Shown here: positions 14,928 through 25,513 of the stretch, one piece after another
How positions within the stretch are numbered: the first letter of the stretch is position 1
How the letters are laid out: every line of letters starts with the position of its first letter
Assembly (NCBI GenBank): GCA_003485015.1
Contig: DNCN01000116.1
Location: 1-31,954, forward strand
Origin: a bacterium
GTDB lineage: Bacteria > UBA9089
Reading direction: 5' to 3'
DNA length: 31,954 bases
The notes under the pieces: generated by a model
What the model saw: the letters and a program-made list of their open reading frames with translations, nothing else
Databases searched by the model: none
What the model was told of the DNA's origin: nothing
Translations under genes and position numbers: made by a program

Positions 14928-15125
14928 ATGAAAGCCAGGGAAGTTCGGGAGATGACGACGGAGGAGTTAGGGGAGAGGAAGGAGGAGTTTAACAAGGAAC
15001 TCTTGAATCTCCGCTACCAAGTTACTATAGGACAACTCGAAAACCCCAGAAGACTAAGAACAGTGAAGAGAATATTAGCCCGGATCAAAACTGTCTTACG
15101 AGAGAGGGAGCTTGGGTTAAGATGA
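14928..15125 (+). CDS. rpmC: 50S ribosomal protein uL29
   Basis: ELLNLR...[19 protein letters not shown]; position. Confidence 0.97.
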   Translation: MKAREVREMTTEELGERKEEFNKELLNLRYQVTIGQLENPRRLRTVKRILARIKTVLRERELGLR

Positions 15126-15376
15126 GAAAGAAGATTGTAAGGGTGGGAGAGGTCATTTCAAACAGGATGGATAAGAGTGTTGTTCTTAAAGTAACCACCG
15201 TAAGGAGACACCCCCTTTACAGGAAGACGGTTAAGAGAGCAACTAAGCTCTACGTCCATGACCCGAAGAATGAATGTCAAATTGGTGATTCGGTAAAGGT
15301 GGTTCAGACAAGACCTATCTCCAAGATGAAACGTTGGCGGGTTATAGAGATATTGAACAGAGGAGAAGATAAGTGA
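15122..15376 (+). CDS. rpsQ: 30S ribosomal protein uS17
   Basis: [32 protein letters not shown]. Confidence 0.98.
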   Translation: MRKKIVRVGEVISNRMDKSVVLKVTTVRRHPLYRKTVKRATKLYVHDPKNECQIGDSVKVVQTRPISKMKRWRVIEILNRGEDK

Positions 15377-15741
15377 TTCAGCAGCAGACATACTTAGAAG
15401 TTGCAGACAATTCAGGGGCCCGCAAGATTATGTGCATTAAAGTCCTTGGAGGTTCTAAAAGACGTTACGGTCGGATAGGAGATATCATTATAGCTGCAGT
15501 TAAAGAGGCCATTCCTAATGCCCCAGTTAAGAAGGGCGATGTCATTCGGGCAGTTATTGTGAGAACGGCCAAAGAGACAAGGAGAGATGATGGTTCCTAC
15601 ATCAAATTCGATTCCAATGCTGCGGTAATTATAGACGAAGGAGGAGACCCCAAAGGAACAAGGATATTTGGTCCAGTAGCTAAAGAGCTTAGGGGAAAGC
15701 ATTTTATGAAGATCATTACTTTGGCACCAGAGGTTGTTTAA
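15373..15741 (+). CDS. rplN: 50S ribosomal protein uL14
   Basis: GTG start; [26 protein letters not shown]. Confidence 0.99.
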   Translation: MIQQQTYLEVADNSGARKIMCIKVLGGSKRRYGRIGDIIIAAVKEAIPNAPVKKGDVIRAVIVRTAKETRRDDGSYIKFDSNAAVIIDEGGDPKGTRIFGPVAKELRGKHFMKIITLAPEVV

Positions 15742-15780
15742 CTATTCAAGAAGTCTGGGGTCTTTCTTTGGAGGGTGTAA

Positions 15781-16104
15781 ATGGCTCTTCGGGTTAGAAA
15801 GGGAGATAGAGTTTTTCTTATTACCGGTAAAGATAAAGGTAAAAGCGGTAAGGTTCTAAAGGTGTTTCCATTAAGGGATAGAATCCTGATCGAGGGATTG
15901 AATCAGGTTAAACGCCATACCCGGCCCAGCCGAAAGAATCCCCAAGGAGGAATTATTGAAAAAGAACTTCCTTTGCATATTTCCAATGTCATGCTTGTCT
16001 GTCCAAATTGTAATAAACCGACTCGAATCGGAAGGACTTTTCTCAAAGATGGAACAAAGATCCGAATCTGTCGTAAATGTCAGGAGCCAGTGGATAAAAC
16101 GTAA
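15781..16104 (+). CDS. rplX: 50S ribosomal protein uL24 (CxxC...CxxC form)
   Basis: KGDRV..ITGKDKGKSG (KOW), PLHISNV, CPNC and CRKC. Confidence 0.98.
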   Translation: MALRVRKGDRVFLITGKDKGKSGKVLKVFPLRDRILIEGLNQVKRHTRPSRKNPQGGIIEKELPLHISNVMLVCPNCNKPTRIGRTFLKDGTKIRICRKCQEPVDKT

Positions 16105-16118
16105 TCTCATAAGATAAG

Positions 16119-16658
16119 ATGGCAAGGTTAAAAGAGCTATACAAAAAAGAGATTATTCCTAAGATGCGGGAGCTCTTTAGATACACTAACGATCTTCAGG
16201 TGCCTAAGATAAAGAAGGTAGTCATTAATATGGGTATTAAAGAGGCAACCACAGATCCTGATCTGTTAGATGCAATGATGAATGAGCTATCTCTTATTGC
16301 GGGACAGCGACCAATTAAGACCCACGCTAAAAGATCTATAGCTGGTTTTAAGGTAAGAGCGGGGATGCCTGTGGGGTGCATGGTTACCCTGCGGGGCAAT
16401 AGAATGTATGAGTTCCTAGACAGATTCTTTAACCTTGCCTTACCAAGGGTAAGGGACTTTCGGGGGCTCTCTCCCGAAGGTTTCGACGGATATGGTAATT
16501 ATACCATAGGAATGGCTGAACAGATTATCTTTCCTGAGATCAACTACGATAAGATAAAGAAGATAAAAGGGATGAATATTACTATTGTTACCGATACTGA
16601 TAAGAACGAAGAGGCAAGGGAGATGTTGAGGATGCTAGGACTGCCTTTTAGGGGTTGA
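16119..16658 (+). CDS. rplE: 50S ribosomal protein uL5
   Basis: [33 protein letters not shown]. Confidence 0.99.
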   Translation: MARLKELYKKEIIPKMRELFRYTNDLQVPKIKKVVINMGIKEATTDPDLLDAMMNELSLIAGQRPIKTHAKRSIAGFKVRAGMPVGCMVTLRGNRMYEFLDRFFNLALPRVRDFRGLSPEGFDGYGNYTIGMAEQIIFPEINYDKIKKIKGMNITIVTDTDKNEEAREMLRMLGLPFRG

Positions 16659-16660
16659 CC

Positions 16661-16846
16661 ATGGCTAAGAAATGTCTTATAAAAAAAGCAGAGAGACCTC
16701 CTAAGTTTAAGGTCCGGGCGTATAATAGATGCACCCTTTGTGGTCGACCGCGTGGATACCTCCGTAAATTTGCTATATGCCGGATATGTTTTCGAAAACT
16801 CGCTCTAAAAGGCATGCTTCCTGGTGTGATCAAAGCTAGTTGGTAG
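16661..16846 (+). CDS. rpsN: 30S ribosomal protein uS14, type Z (start revised to ATG 16661)
   Basis: 61 aa, [26 protein letters not shown]. Confidence 0.98.
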   Translation: MAKKCLIKKAERPPKFKVRAYNRCTLCGRPRGYLRKFAICRICFRKLALKGMLPGVIKASW

Positions 16847-16856
16847 AGGGAGAAGG

Positions 16857-17255
16857 ATGGAGATAACTGATCCAATCGCTGATATGCTTACGAGGATCCG
16901 TAATGCCAATATGGCATACCATCCAAAGGTTGATATACCAGCGTCAAAACTCAAGCAGGAGATAGCTCGTATCCTTAGAGATGAAGGGTATATTAAGAAC
17001 TATAAATTCATCGAGGATCGAAAGCAGGGGATCTTGCGGATCTATCTAAAGTATGGACCGTCGAAGGAGCGGATCATCGGTGGACTTATGCGGGTAAGTA
17101 AACCTGGAAGAAGGGTCTTTGTTAAGGCCAACGAGGTGTCAAGGGGACTAAGGGGACTGGGAAAGGCTATTCTTTCCACCTCCAAAGGCGTTCTTACTGA
17201 TAAGGAATGTCGAGAGATGAGGGTTGGCGGCGAGCTATTATGCTATGTTTGGTAA
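16857..17255 (+). CDS. rpsH: 30S ribosomal protein uS8
   Basis: [28 protein letters not shown]. Confidence 0.99.
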   Translation: MEITDPIADMLTRIRNANMAYHPKVDIPASKLKQEIARILRDEGYIKNYKFIEDRKQGILRIYLKYGPSKERIIGGLMRVSKPGRRVFVKANEVSRGLRGLGKAILSTSKGVLTDKECREMRVGGELLCYVW

Positions 17256-17322
17256 TAAATACATTAATTATAGTATATTATAACGGTTGACTTCTGTTTT
17301 GTTGGTAGGAGATCAAAGAAGA

Positions 17323-17856
17323 ATGTCAAGGGTGGGATGCAGTCCTATTCAGGTTCCAGAGGGAGTGAAGGTGGAGATTAAGGAGGGGGAGGTGGTAGTA
17401 GAAGGACCCAAAGGAAAGAGTGTGCGTTCTATACCTTCGGGTATCAACATTGAAGTCGCTGGAGACAAGATTTTTGTCACAAAGAGTGAGGAGACGAGAT
17501 CTTCAAGGGCATTTCATGGGCTTACCAGAAGCCTTATCAACAATATGGTCATTGGAGTTACTCAAGGCTTTACTAAAGTCTTAGGGATTAGCGGGGTAGG
17601 TTATCGGGCGGCTCTTTCAGGGGATAAGATAACCATTCAATTGGGCTATTCTCATCCCGTTACCTTTGAGCCACCAGAAGGGATTCAATTTGAACTCCCA
17701 GATCCAACCCATATAAAGGTTTTGGGGATTGATAAGGAATTGGTTGGCAGGGTGGCAGAGAAGATAAGATCCTTTAGGCCCCCTGATCCTTACAAGGCCA
17801 AGGGGATTAAATATGAGGGAGAGCATATCAGACGAAAAGCAGGAAAAACTGCTTAA
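17323..17856 (+). CDS. rplF: 50S ribosomal protein uL6 (start revised to ATG 17323)
   Basis: MSRVG..PI, HGLTRSL, GVGYRA, LGYSHP, PDPYKAKGIKY. Confidence 0.98.
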   Translation: MSRVGCSPIQVPEGVKVEIKEGEVVVEGPKGKSVRSIPSGINIEVAGDKIFVTKSEETRSSRAFHGLTRSLINNMVIGVTQGFTKVLGISGVGYRAALSGDKITIQLGYSHPVTFEPPEGIQFELPDPTHIKVLGIDKELVGRVAEKIRSFRPPDPYKAKGIKYEGEHIRRKAGKTA

Positions 17857-17961
17857 TTGCTCAATTTTAAAAGAAGATTTTGTCTCTCAATCGAATCCCC
17901 TATTCTTTTCTAATCAGTTAACCAACAAATTTTAAAGTCAAAGGTAGTTTTGTCTTAAGAA

Positions 17962-18309
17962 ATGATTTCTTCAAAAGAGAGGTTGAGAGCAAAGAGGCAT
18001 CGCCGGATTCGACAGAGGATTTTTGGCTCCAAATTACGGCCAAGACTCAATGTCTTCCGGAGTTCAAAACACATCTATGCCCAAGTTATCAATGATGATT
18101 CGGGAGCTACTTTAGTTTCTGCTTCGAGCTTGGGACTTAATTTAAAAGGACCAAAGACAGAGCAGGCTAAGGAAGTGGGTCGTCTCATCGGAATCCGTGG
18201 AAAAGAGAAAGGGATAAAAGAGGTTGTCTTTGATCGGGGAGGATACTTTTACCACGGTCGGGTTAAAGCCTTGGCCCAAGGAGCCCGTGAGGCGGGACTG
18301 GAGTTTTAA
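17962..18309 (+). CDS. rplR: 50S ribosomal protein uL18
   Basis: [33 protein letters not shown]. Confidence 0.98.
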   Translation: MISSKERLRAKRHRRIRQRIFGSKLRPRLNVFRSSKHIYAQVINDDSGATLVSASSLGLNLKGPKTEQAKEVGRLIGIRGKEKGIKEVVFDRGGYFYHGRVKALAQGAREAGLEF

Positions 18310-18311
18310 AT

Positions 18312-18800
18312 ATGGTTAAAAAGATAGAGAAAGAACAATCAGAGGAATTAATTGAGAAGACAATCAGCATCAACCGGGTAGCTAAGGTAGTTAAAGGTGG
18401 ACGGCGTTTTGGCTTTAGTGCCTTGGTTGTGGTTGGAGATGGGAATGGAAAGGTGGGTGTTGGTTTTGGAAAGGCTAGAGAAGTCCCCATAGCTGTAAAT
18501 AAGGGGATAGAGCTGGCCAAGAAGAATCTGGTCGAAATTCCCTTAAAAGGACATACCTTCCCTTATGCCATTATTGGTAAATATGGACAAGCAAAGGTAT
18601 TGATCAAGCCTGCCTCACCTGGAACGGGGATTGTTGCTGGGAGCACGGTTCGGGCAGTGATGGAGGCTCTTGGTATCCGTGATGTTTTAACCAAATCCTT
18701 AGGTAGCAATAATCCCATCAATGTAGTTCATGCCACCATGCAGGCACTAAAAGAGATTAAGGTCATAGAGGAGAAGGAGAAACTGCGTCAAGCAGGTTAA
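18312..18800 (+). CDS. rpsE: 30S ribosomal protein uS5
   Basis: [37 protein letters not shown]. Confidence 0.99.
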   Translation: MVKKIEKEQSEELIEKTISINRVAKVVKGGRRFGFSALVVVGDGNGKVGVGFGKAREVPIAVNKGIELAKKNLVEIPLKGHTFPYAIIGKYGQAKVLIKPASPGTGIVAGSTVRAVMEALGIRDVLTKSLGSNNPINVVHATMQALKEIKVIEEKEKLRQAG

Positions 18801-18802
18801 TA

Positions 18803-18988
18803 ATGGATAAATTAAAGATCACTTTAAAGAAGAGCAGGATTGGCCGAATCCCAAAACATCGAAAGACCTTAGATGCCCTCGGGCTTAGAAAGATGGGTCA
18901 GTCGGTCATAAGGACCGATAACCCGCAGATACAAGGGATGATTCGCCAAGTTAACTACCTCCTTGAGGTTGAAGAGGCAAAAGAGTGA
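18803..18988 (+). CDS. rpmD: 50S ribosomal protein uL30
   Basis: [24 protein letters not shown]. Confidence 0.98.
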   Translation: MDKLKITLKKSRIGRIPKHRKTLDALGLRKMGQSVIRTDNPQIQGMIRQVNYLLEVEEAKE

Positions 18989-19416
18989 GATTAGAAGAGC
19001 TTCATCCTGCACCCGGCTCAAAGAGACCACCTAAAAGAGTAGGAAGAGGAACAGGCTCTGGTCAGGGTAAGACCTGTGGTCGGGGAACAAAAGGGCAGAA
19101 AGCAAGGAGCGGTCGAAAGCCCCGAGCTGGTTTTGAAGGTGGACAGATGCCCCTTCAGCGAAGAATCCCTAAACGTGGTTTTAAAAGCTTGAAAGAGAAG
19201 AAGGATGTTCCTGTAAATATAGAGGCACTCAATCGGTTTGAAGAGGGGACGGAGATAACCCCAGAGCTTCTCCATAGGAGTGGTTTGATTAAAAGGAACG
19301 AATCTCCCAAACTCCTTTCTAAGGGAGAGATAAAGGTATCCCTAGTCATAAAAGGTTGTCGGGCGAGTAAGGCTGCTTATAAAAAGATAGTTGCAAAGGG
19401 AGGGAAGATTCTTTAA
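18985..19416 (+). CDS. rplO: 50S ribosomal protein uL15
   Basis: GTG start; [35 protein letters not shown]. Confidence 0.98.
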   Translation: MRLEELHPAPGSKRPPKRVGRGTGSGQGKTCGRGTKGQKARSGRKPRAGFEGGQMPLQRRIPKRGFKSLKEKKDVPVNIEALNRFEEGTEITPELLHRSGLIKRNESPKLLSKGEIKVSLVIKGCRASKAAYKKIVAKGGKIL

Positions 19417-19418
19417 GG

Positions 19419-20741
19419 ATGCTTCAATCTCTGGCTAATCCTTTCAAAATTCAGGAGCTTAGGGGCCGTATTCTTTTTACCTTAGCCCTTCTTGCTGTCT
19501 ATCGAATTGGTGTATTCATTCCTACACCAGGTGTAGACCAAATCGTTCTCTTCAGTTGGTTTGAACGAATGCGGGGAACGATGTTTGAACTTCTTGATCT
19601 CTTTACTGGGGGCGCCTTTAGTAACCTCTCTATCTTTGCCTTAGGGATTATGCCCTACATCAGCGCCTCGATCATCATGCAACTACTGACTATGGTCATA
19701 CCCCACTTAGAGAGATTGAGCAAGGAAGGAGAGGCAGGAAGACGTAAGATTACTCGCTACACCAGATATCTCACGATAGGGATTTCTATTGTCCAGTCCC
19801 TTGGCTTGGCTTTTGGAATGCAGAATCAGGAGATTGCGGAGGGGGTTCGCATTGTTCCTCAGGAGGTAGCTGGAACAGGCTTCATTCTAATGACGGTCCT
19901 AACGATGACCACAGGGACGGCTTTCATCATGTGGCTTGGCGAGCAGATTACCGAACGGGGAATTGGCAATGGCTGTTCCTTAATTATCTTTGTTGGTATT
20001 GTCGCTCGCCTACCTACGGCAATCGGTAACACCATCAAAAAACTTATTGTAGGCGATTTAGGGATATTCTCCCTTCTGGGGGTCTTAATTATAATACTCT
20101 TGACTATAATCGTGGTAATAACTATGCTCCAGGGGCATCGGCGGATTCCGATAACCCATGCCAAACGGGTGGTGGGTCGAAAGGTTTACGGCGGTGTTTC
20201 AACTCACATCCCTCTTCAGATCAATCAAGCAGGTGTTATCCCGGTCATCTTTGCGTCAGCCCTTCTTGCCTTTCCGATTACCATAATGCAGTTTTTGGGG
20301 GAAAGGGCTGCCCTTTTTGAAGGATTTGCCCAAGACTTTGTCCGGGGAGGGGTGGTCTATAGTAGCCTTTATGCCGTTTTAATCCTCTACTTCACCTACT
20401 TCTATACTACTATCGTCTTCAAACCAAATGATGTTGCGGAGAATCTACGAAAGTATGGAGGGTTTATTCCGGGGATAAGACCAGGGAGAGCCACCGCTGA
20501 ATTTATTGAAAAGATTCTAAGCCGGATTACTTTAGTAGGAGCCTTGTTTTTAGTAGTGATTTCCCTGCTGCCAACTATCCTTACTAGCTCATTTGGTGTT
20601 CCCTTTTATTTTGGAGGAACGGCCCTTTTGATTGTTGTTGGTGTTGCCTTGGATACAATGAAGCAGATAGAATCCCACCTTTTGATGCACCACTACGAGG
20701 GTTTCATTAAGAGAGGAAGGCTGAAAGGGAGAGGACGATAG
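19419..20741 (+). CDS. secY: Preprotein translocase subunit SecY
   Basis: SIFALGIMPYISASII, WLGEQITERGIGNG, IPGIRPG, GGTALLIVVGV; multiple hydrophobic segments. Confidence 0.99.
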   Translation: MLQSLANPFKIQELRGRILFTLALLAVYRIGVFIPTPGVDQIVLFSWFERMRGTMFELLDLFTGGAFSNLSIFALGIMPYISASIIMQLLTMVIPHLERLSKEGEAGRRKITRYTRYLTIGISIVQSLGLAFGMQNQEIAEGVRIVPQEVAGTGFILMTVLTMTTGTAFIMWLGEQITERGIGNGCSLIIFVGIVARLPTAIGNTIKKLIVGDLGIFSLLGVLIIILLTIIVVITMLQGHRRIPITHAKRVVGRKVYGGVSTHIPLQINQAGVIPVIFASALLAFPITIMQFLGERAALFEGFAQDFVRGGVVYSSLYAVLILYFTYFYTTIVFKPNDVAENLRKYGGFIPGIRPGRATAEFIEKILSRITLVGALFLVVISLLPTILTSSFGVPFYFGGTALLIVVGVALDTMKQIESHLLMHHYEGFIKRGRLKGRGR

Positions 20742-20746
20742 AGATT

Positions 20747-21388
20747 ATGCGCCTTGTGCTTCTATCTCCACCTGGTGGAGGGAAGGGGACTCAAGCTAAG
20801 AGGTTGATGAAAAGATACTCCGTGGTGCAGATTTCAACAGGTGACATTTTGCGCCAGGAGGTACAAGAAGGGACTGAGATTGGCCGCCAGGCTGCATCCC
20901 TTATGGAGAAAGGTGAGCTTGTTGGAGATTCGGTCATTATCGAGATTATTCGAAGAAGATTAGAGAAGGAGGATACGAAGAACGGTTTTATCTTAGATGG
21001 TTTTCCTAGAACTATTGCCCAGGCAGGTTCCCTCAAGAAGATGCTTGAAGAGATGAATCTTCCCCTTAATGGGGTTATCAGCTTAGAGGTTAGCGACGAG
21101 ACCATCATTCGCCGCCTGGGAGGAAGGCGTATCTGTCGGGATTGTGGCCTTGAGTATCACCTCGAATTTAAGCCTCCAAAGAGTTCGGGTAGATGTGATA
21201 AGTGTGGAGGTGACCTCTACCTGCGGGACGATGACCGAGAAGGGGTAATCAGTCGTAGATTAAAGGTCTATAGAGAAGAGACTGCCCTTCTGGTGGACTA
21301 TTACCAAAGAGAAGGGTTGCTCTATAGGATGGACGGGGAGGGTGAGATCGACAAGGTCTTTGAGGAGATAATAAATAAGTTAGGGTAA
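20747..21388 (+). CDS. adk: Adenylate kinase (long LID, four-Cys zinc form)
   Basis: PPGGGKGTQA, ISTGDILR, LDGFPRT, LID CRDC...CDKC. Confidence 0.98.
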   Translation: MRLVLLSPPGGGKGTQAKRLMKRYSVVQISTGDILRQEVQEGTEIGRQAASLMEKGELVGDSVIIEIIRRRLEKEDTKNGFILDGFPRTIAQAGSLKKMLEEMNLPLNGVISLEVSDETIIRRLGGRRICRDCGLEYHLEFKPPKSSGRCDKCGGDLYLRDDDREGVISRRLKVYREETALLVDYYQREGLLYRMDGEGEIDKVFEEIINKLG

Positions 21389-22134
21389 TGATTGTCCTTA
21401 AGTCTAATCACGAAGTGAATCTTATCCATGAGAATGGCCGTTTGGCTGCTAAGGTGTTGGCTACCCTGGGTAAGCTTATCAAGCCTGGAGTGACGACTAA
21501 AGAATTGGAGGATGTAGCACATAGACTCATCACTAAAGAGAATGGTTACCCAGCCTTCTTAAATTATAAAGGATTTCCAGCGAGTATCTGTACTTCTATT
21601 AACGAGGTAGTAGTTCATGGTATCCCTGATAACCGATGCTTCAAAGAAGGGGATATTATCAGTATTGACATAGGTGTATTCCGAAATGCTTGTTATGCGG
21701 ATATAGCTGCGACATTTGCCGTAGGAAGAATCAGTAAAAAAGCAGAGCGTTTACTTAAGGTGGCTAAAGAGGCCCTGTATGAGGGTATTCGGAAAGCAAG
21801 ACCTCCTAATCGGGTTTTTGATATCTCTTGGGCAATCCAATCCTTGGTAGAAAAGAAAGGTTTTAATGTGGTTAGATCCCTTACTGGCCATGGGATTGGT
21901 CAGGAATTGCATGAAGAGCCCCAGGTACCAAATTTTGGAGAACCAGGTAAAGGAGCAAGGCTTAAACCAGGAATGGTGCTTTGTATTGAACCAATGATTA
22001 ATGAGGGAGGATTTGAAACTACATGTCTAGATGATGGGTGGACGATTGTTACCAAGGATGGAAGTCTTTCAGCCCACTTTGAACATACTGTGCTTATTAC
22101 TGAGACAAATGCCAAGATCCTGACCAAATTATAA
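21388..22134 (+). CDS. map: Methionine aminopeptidase type I
   Basis: SINEVVVHGIP, IDIG, ADIA, GHGIG, HEEP, IEPM, SAHFEHT metal ligands. Confidence 0.98.
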   Translation: MIVLKSNHEVNLIHENGRLAAKVLATLGKLIKPGVTTKELEDVAHRLITKENGYPAFLNYKGFPASICTSINEVVVHGIPDNRCFKEGDIISIDIGVFRNACYADIAATFAVGRISKKAERLLKVAKEALYEGIRKARPPNRVFDISWAIQSLVEKKGFNVVRSLTGHGIGQELHEEPQVPNFGEPGKGARLKPGMVLCIEPMINEGGFETTCLDDGWTIVTKDGSLSAHFEHTVLITETNAKILTKL

Positions 22135-22207
22135 AAAGGGTCTAACTAAATAGATCAATGACGATGATCTGCAAAGAATATAGTAGACGTCTCTGAAGGT
22201 TTTTAAA

Positions 22208-22429
22208 ATGACCAAAAAAGAAGAGCCGATTAGAGTGGAAGGAAAAGTTATTGAAGCCTTGCCAAATGCTATGTTCAGGGTGGAACTCGAAAATAAACAC
22301 GTGGTTTTAGCCCATATTTCTGGAAAGATGCGAATGTATTACATACGAATTCTGCCTGGTGATAGAGTAACAGTGGAGCTGTCTCCTTATGACCTAACCC
22401 GGGGGCGGATTATCTACCGTGAAAAATGA
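22208..22429 (+). CDS. infA: Translation initiation factor IF-1
   Basis: [38 protein letters not shown]. Confidence 0.99.
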   Translation: MTKKEEPIRVEGKVIEALPNAMFRVELENKHVVLAHISGKMRMYYIRILPGDRVTVELSPYDLTRGRIIYREK

Positions 22430-22441
22430 GGGACAAAGAGG

Positions 22442-22555
22442 ATGAAGGTCCGACCATCGATTAAAAAGATGTGCGATAAGTGTAAAATAATCAAACGGAG
22501 AGGTGTGGTAAGAGTTATCTGTTCAAACCCAAAGCATAAACAACGTCAAGGATAA
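22442..22555 (+). CDS. rpmJ: 50S ribosomal protein bL36 (not in ORF track)
   Basis: Translated by hand: [37 protein letters not shown] (37 aa, CxxC...C...H zinc form). Confidence 0.98.
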   Translation: MKVRPSIKKMCDKCKIIKRRGVVRVICSNPKHKQRQG

Positions 22556-22582
22556 AGCTTGGTACTATTTAAAGGAGATTAA

Positions 22583-22954
22583 ATGGCGAGGATTATTGGG
22601 GTAGACCTTCCAAAGAATAAGCGAATTGAAGTTGCTCTGACCTATATCTATGGTATTGGCCCCACTTTGGCCAAACGGATTCTTGGGATAGCTCAAGTCA
22701 ATCCAGATACACGGGTAAATAATCTTACCGAAGAGGAGATAGTCAAGCTAAGGAAGGTTATCGAGCAGGGATTTAAGGTAGAGGGGGAATTGAGACGAGA
22801 AGTTACAATGAACATAAAGAGATTGATAGATCTGGGCACTTATCGTGGCTTGAGACACCGAAGAGGATTGCCAGTACGGGGACAGAGGACATCTACTAAT
22901 GCTCGGACCCGCAAAGGACCGCGACGTACTGTGGGTGTAAAGAGGAAGAAATAG
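22583..22954 (+). CDS. rpsM: 30S ribosomal protein uS13
   Basis: [32 protein letters not shown]. Confidence 0.99.
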   Translation: MARIIGVDLPKNKRIEVALTYIYGIGPTLAKRILGIAQVNPDTRVNNLTEEEIVKLRKVIEQGFKVEGELRREVTMNIKRLIDLGTYRGLRHRRGLPVRGQRTSTNARTRKGPRRTVGVKRKK

Positions 22955-22962
22955 GAGGTATT

Positions 22963-23349
22963 ATGGCTAAAAAAAGAAGTCCAAAGAAGAAAGAGAAGAA
23001 GAGCGTTTCCAATGGCCAGGCCCATATTCAGTCAACCTTTAATAATACAATTATTACTATTACAGATCTGCTTGGAAATGCAATCCTTTGGACTAGCGCA
23101 GGAACGCAAGGGTTTAAAGGTTATCGCAAGTCTACCCCATTTGCGGCTCAGGTGGCCGCTGAGGCAGCTGGTAAGAAAGCTATAGAACATGGTATGCGTG
23201 AGGTCAATGTCTATGTCAAAGGGCCTGGTCCAGGTAGAGAACCGGCCATTCGTGCCCTTCAGGCCTGTGGATTGGAGGTTAAATTGATTAAAGATGTTAC
23301 CCCTATTCCCCATAATGGATGTCGTCCTCGGAAGATGAGGAGGGTCTAA
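22963..23349 (+). CDS. rpsK: 30S ribosomal protein uS11
   Basis: [38 protein letters not shown]. Confidence 0.99.
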   Translation: MAKKRSPKKKEKKSVSNGQAHIQSTFNNTIITITDLLGNAILWTSAGTQGFKGYRKSTPFAAQVAAEAAGKKAIEHGMREVNVYVKGPGPGREPAIRALQACGLEVKLIKDVTPIPHNGCRPRKMRRV

Positions 23350-23360
23350 GAGGAGAAAAA

Positions 23361-23996
23361 ATGGCTCGTTATGCAGGTTCTGTTTGCAGGCTTTGCCGTC
23401 GGGAAGGAGTCAAGCTCTTTCTGAAGGGGGAGCGTTGCATGAGTGATAAGTGTAGCTTTACTCGACGGCCCGACCCCCCTGGACCACAAAAGCCAGGTCG
23501 CTGGCGTAGAGGTGTGTCAAATTATGGTTTACAACTCCGAGAGAAACAGAAGGTCAGGCGCATCTATGGTGTTTTAGAAAGGCAATTTCGAAATTATTTC
23601 AGAAAGGCGGAGCGAATGCCAGGGATGACAGGAGAGAATCTCCTCAGTCTCTTAGAGCGAAGACTGGACAATGTCATCTATAAACTCGGCTGGGCAACCT
23701 CGAGGATACAGGCGAGACAATTGGTCAATCACCGTCATATTATGGTCGATGGTAAGGTGGTCAATATCCCCTCTTTCCTGGTTGAACAGGGAAATTCAAT
23801 CAGCCTTCACCGCCGAAGAAGGATTGAGGAGGTAGTGAGAGATTCCCTGAAAGTGAAAGGTCAGCAGAGGGTATTTCCAGATTGGCTTAAGGCAGATAGT
23901 AGTCGTCTTGAGGCTAAGGTAATTCGAATACCAGCTCGAGAGGATATCGACCATGAAATCAATGAAGAGCTGATCGTTGCCCTTTACTCTAAGTAA
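23361..23996 (+). CDS. rpsD: 30S ribosomal protein uS4 (start revised to ATG 23361; Cys/zinc form)
   Basis: [32 protein letters not shown]; SD AGGAG. Confidence 0.98.
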   Translation: MARYAGSVCRLCRREGVKLFLKGERCMSDKCSFTRRPDPPGPQKPGRWRRGVSNYGLQLREKQKVRRIYGVLERQFRNYFRKAERMPGMTGENLLSLLERRLDNVIYKLGWATSRIQARQLVNHRHIMVDGKVVNIPSFLVEQGNSISLHRRRRIEEVVRDSLKVKGQQRVFPDWLKADSSRLEAKVIRIPAREDIDHEINEELIVALYSK

Positions 23997-24035
23997 TAAG
24001 TAAGAAATAACAGATAGTTTTTACTTCCTACTTTG
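23990..24035 (+). repeat. Two period-7 tracts in inverted orientation at rpsD-rpoA junction
   Basis: TAAGTAA TAAGTAA GAAATAA CAGATAG (23990-24017) and TACTTCC TACTTTG (24022-24035); AAGTA(A) is complementary to (T)TACTT. Confidence 0.6.
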
Positions 24036-24052
24036 ATAGGGGAGGATGAAGG

Positions 24053-25045
24053 ATGCCGAAGGTAAGGAAAATTGATATAACCAGAAGACTTGAATTTGAC
24101 AAGGAGAAGCTGACCGATACCTATGGTGAGTTTTCTGCTGGACCTTTCGAACGAGGCGTAGGAGTGACAATAGGAAATAGTCTCCGGAGGATGCTCCTTT
24201 CTTCTTTGGAAGGAATAGCAGTGACTTCGGTTAAGATAGATGGGGCTTTACATGAATTCTCTACCATTCCTGGGGTAAAGGAGGATGTGGTTGATATTAT
24301 TCTCAATCTTAAAGGTCTTGTGGTAAAATTTGATGGTGTTGGACCAAAGAAGGCCTATCTAAAGATAGGACAACCGGGAGAAGTAAAGGCTAAAGACATT
24401 GAATTCCCACCCGAGATAGAGATCTTTAATCCAGATCACCACATCGCCTTTTTGGATAAAGGCGGTAAGCTCGATATGGAGATAGAGATAGATAAAGGCT
24501 ACGGTTATTTCTCTGGCAAGGAGAATAAGAAGGAAAACCAGCCGATAGGAGTTATTTCAGTGGATTCTTTCTTCTCCCCGGTTACTCGGGTCTCTTTTAG
24601 GACAGAGGAGATTCGTGTTGGACAGATGGTGGATTATGAGAGGTTGATCATGCAGATATGGACGAACGGAAACGTCAATCCTCGAGATGCTTTAGCCCAG
24701 GCAGCATTCAATCTGCGACGGCACCTAAATCTATTCATCCACTTTGATGAAATAACCGAAGAGGAAGAAAGGCCTGCTGCTGTAGATGAAGAGCGAGAGA
24801 GATTGCGTCAAGTTCTGGAGATCTCTGTAGATGAACTTGAACTTTCCGTTCGCTCAGCAAATTGTTTGAGGGCAGCCAATATTAGAACCTTAGGAGAGCT
24901 TGCCTTAAAGACAGAACAAGAGATGCTAAAGACCCGCAACTTTGGGAAGAAATCCCTGACTGAAATCAAAGAAAAGCTGACCACCTATGGTCTTACCCTT
25001 GGGATGAAGGGAGTCGGTGATCTAGTGGATAAGAGGGAAGATTGA
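24053..25045 (+). CDS. rpoA: RNA polymerase alpha subunit
   Basis: [42 protein letters not shown]; SD GGAGG. Confidence 0.99.
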   Translation: MPKVRKIDITRRLEFDKEKLTDTYGEFSAGPFERGVGVTIGNSLRRMLLSSLEGIAVTSVKIDGALHEFSTIPGVKEDVVDIILNLKGLVVKFDGVGPKKAYLKIGQPGEVKAKDIEFPPEIEIFNPDHHIAFLDKGGKLDMEIEIDKGYGYFSGKENKKENQPIGVISVDSFFSPVTRVSFRTEEIRVGQMVDYERLIMQIWTNGNVNPRDALAQAAFNLRRHLNLFIHFDEITEEEERPAAVDEERERLRQVLEISVDELELSVRSANCLRAANIRTLGELALKTEQEMLKTRNFGKKSLTEIKEKLTTYGLTLGMKGVGDLVDKRED

Positions 25046-25047
25046 GC

Positions 25048-25401
25048 ATGAAGCACTTAAAGAAGGGGAGAAAGCTTGGAAGAACGGCGGCCCATAAGAG
25101 AGCACTTTTGCGAAATTTAGCCACTTCTCTCTTTAAACACGGAAGAATTACAACTACCTTGGCAAAGTCCAAAGAGCTCATTCCCTATGCTGAAGGGCTA
25201 ATCTCGAAGGCAAAAGGGGGAACGCTTCATGATCGAAGGCAGATTTTAGCTGAGATCAAAGATAAGAAAGTAACCAAGAAGCTCTTTGATGAGATCTTAT
25301 CTTCCCAAGTTGAACGTCAAGGGGGGTATATTAGGGCTATAAAGAAAGGTCCTCGCCTCGGTGATGCCGCTCAGATGGCTATAGTTGAGCTGATAAAATA
25401 A
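25048..25401 (+). CDS. rplQ: 50S ribosomal protein bL17 (start revised to ATG 25048)
   Basis: RKLGRT..HKRALLRNL, ITTTLAKSKEL, GGYIR, GDAAQMAIVEL. Confidence 0.98.
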   Translation: MKHLKKGRKLGRTAAHKRALLRNLATSLFKHGRITTTLAKSKELIPYAEGLISKAKGGTLHDRRQILAEIKDKKVTKKLFDEILSSQVERQGGYIRAIKKGPRLGDAAQMAIVELIK

Positions 25402-25513
25402 TCTTACCAATTAAACCCAATCTCCAACAGAATTTTCACTACCTTAACTTCCAGTAATTAAGAAATATAAAGGCATAAATCATCTCTAATTTTCGAGAAA
25501 GGAAGTAAGGGGT

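Noticed and set aside
23119-23127. uS11 GFKGYRK (usually GFKGSRK)
   Set aside because: Isolated substitution at a position that varies between lineages.
25402-25513. Trp attenuator or T-box before trpC
   Set aside because: No TGG codon, no T-box motif, no terminator, and the spacer is too short.
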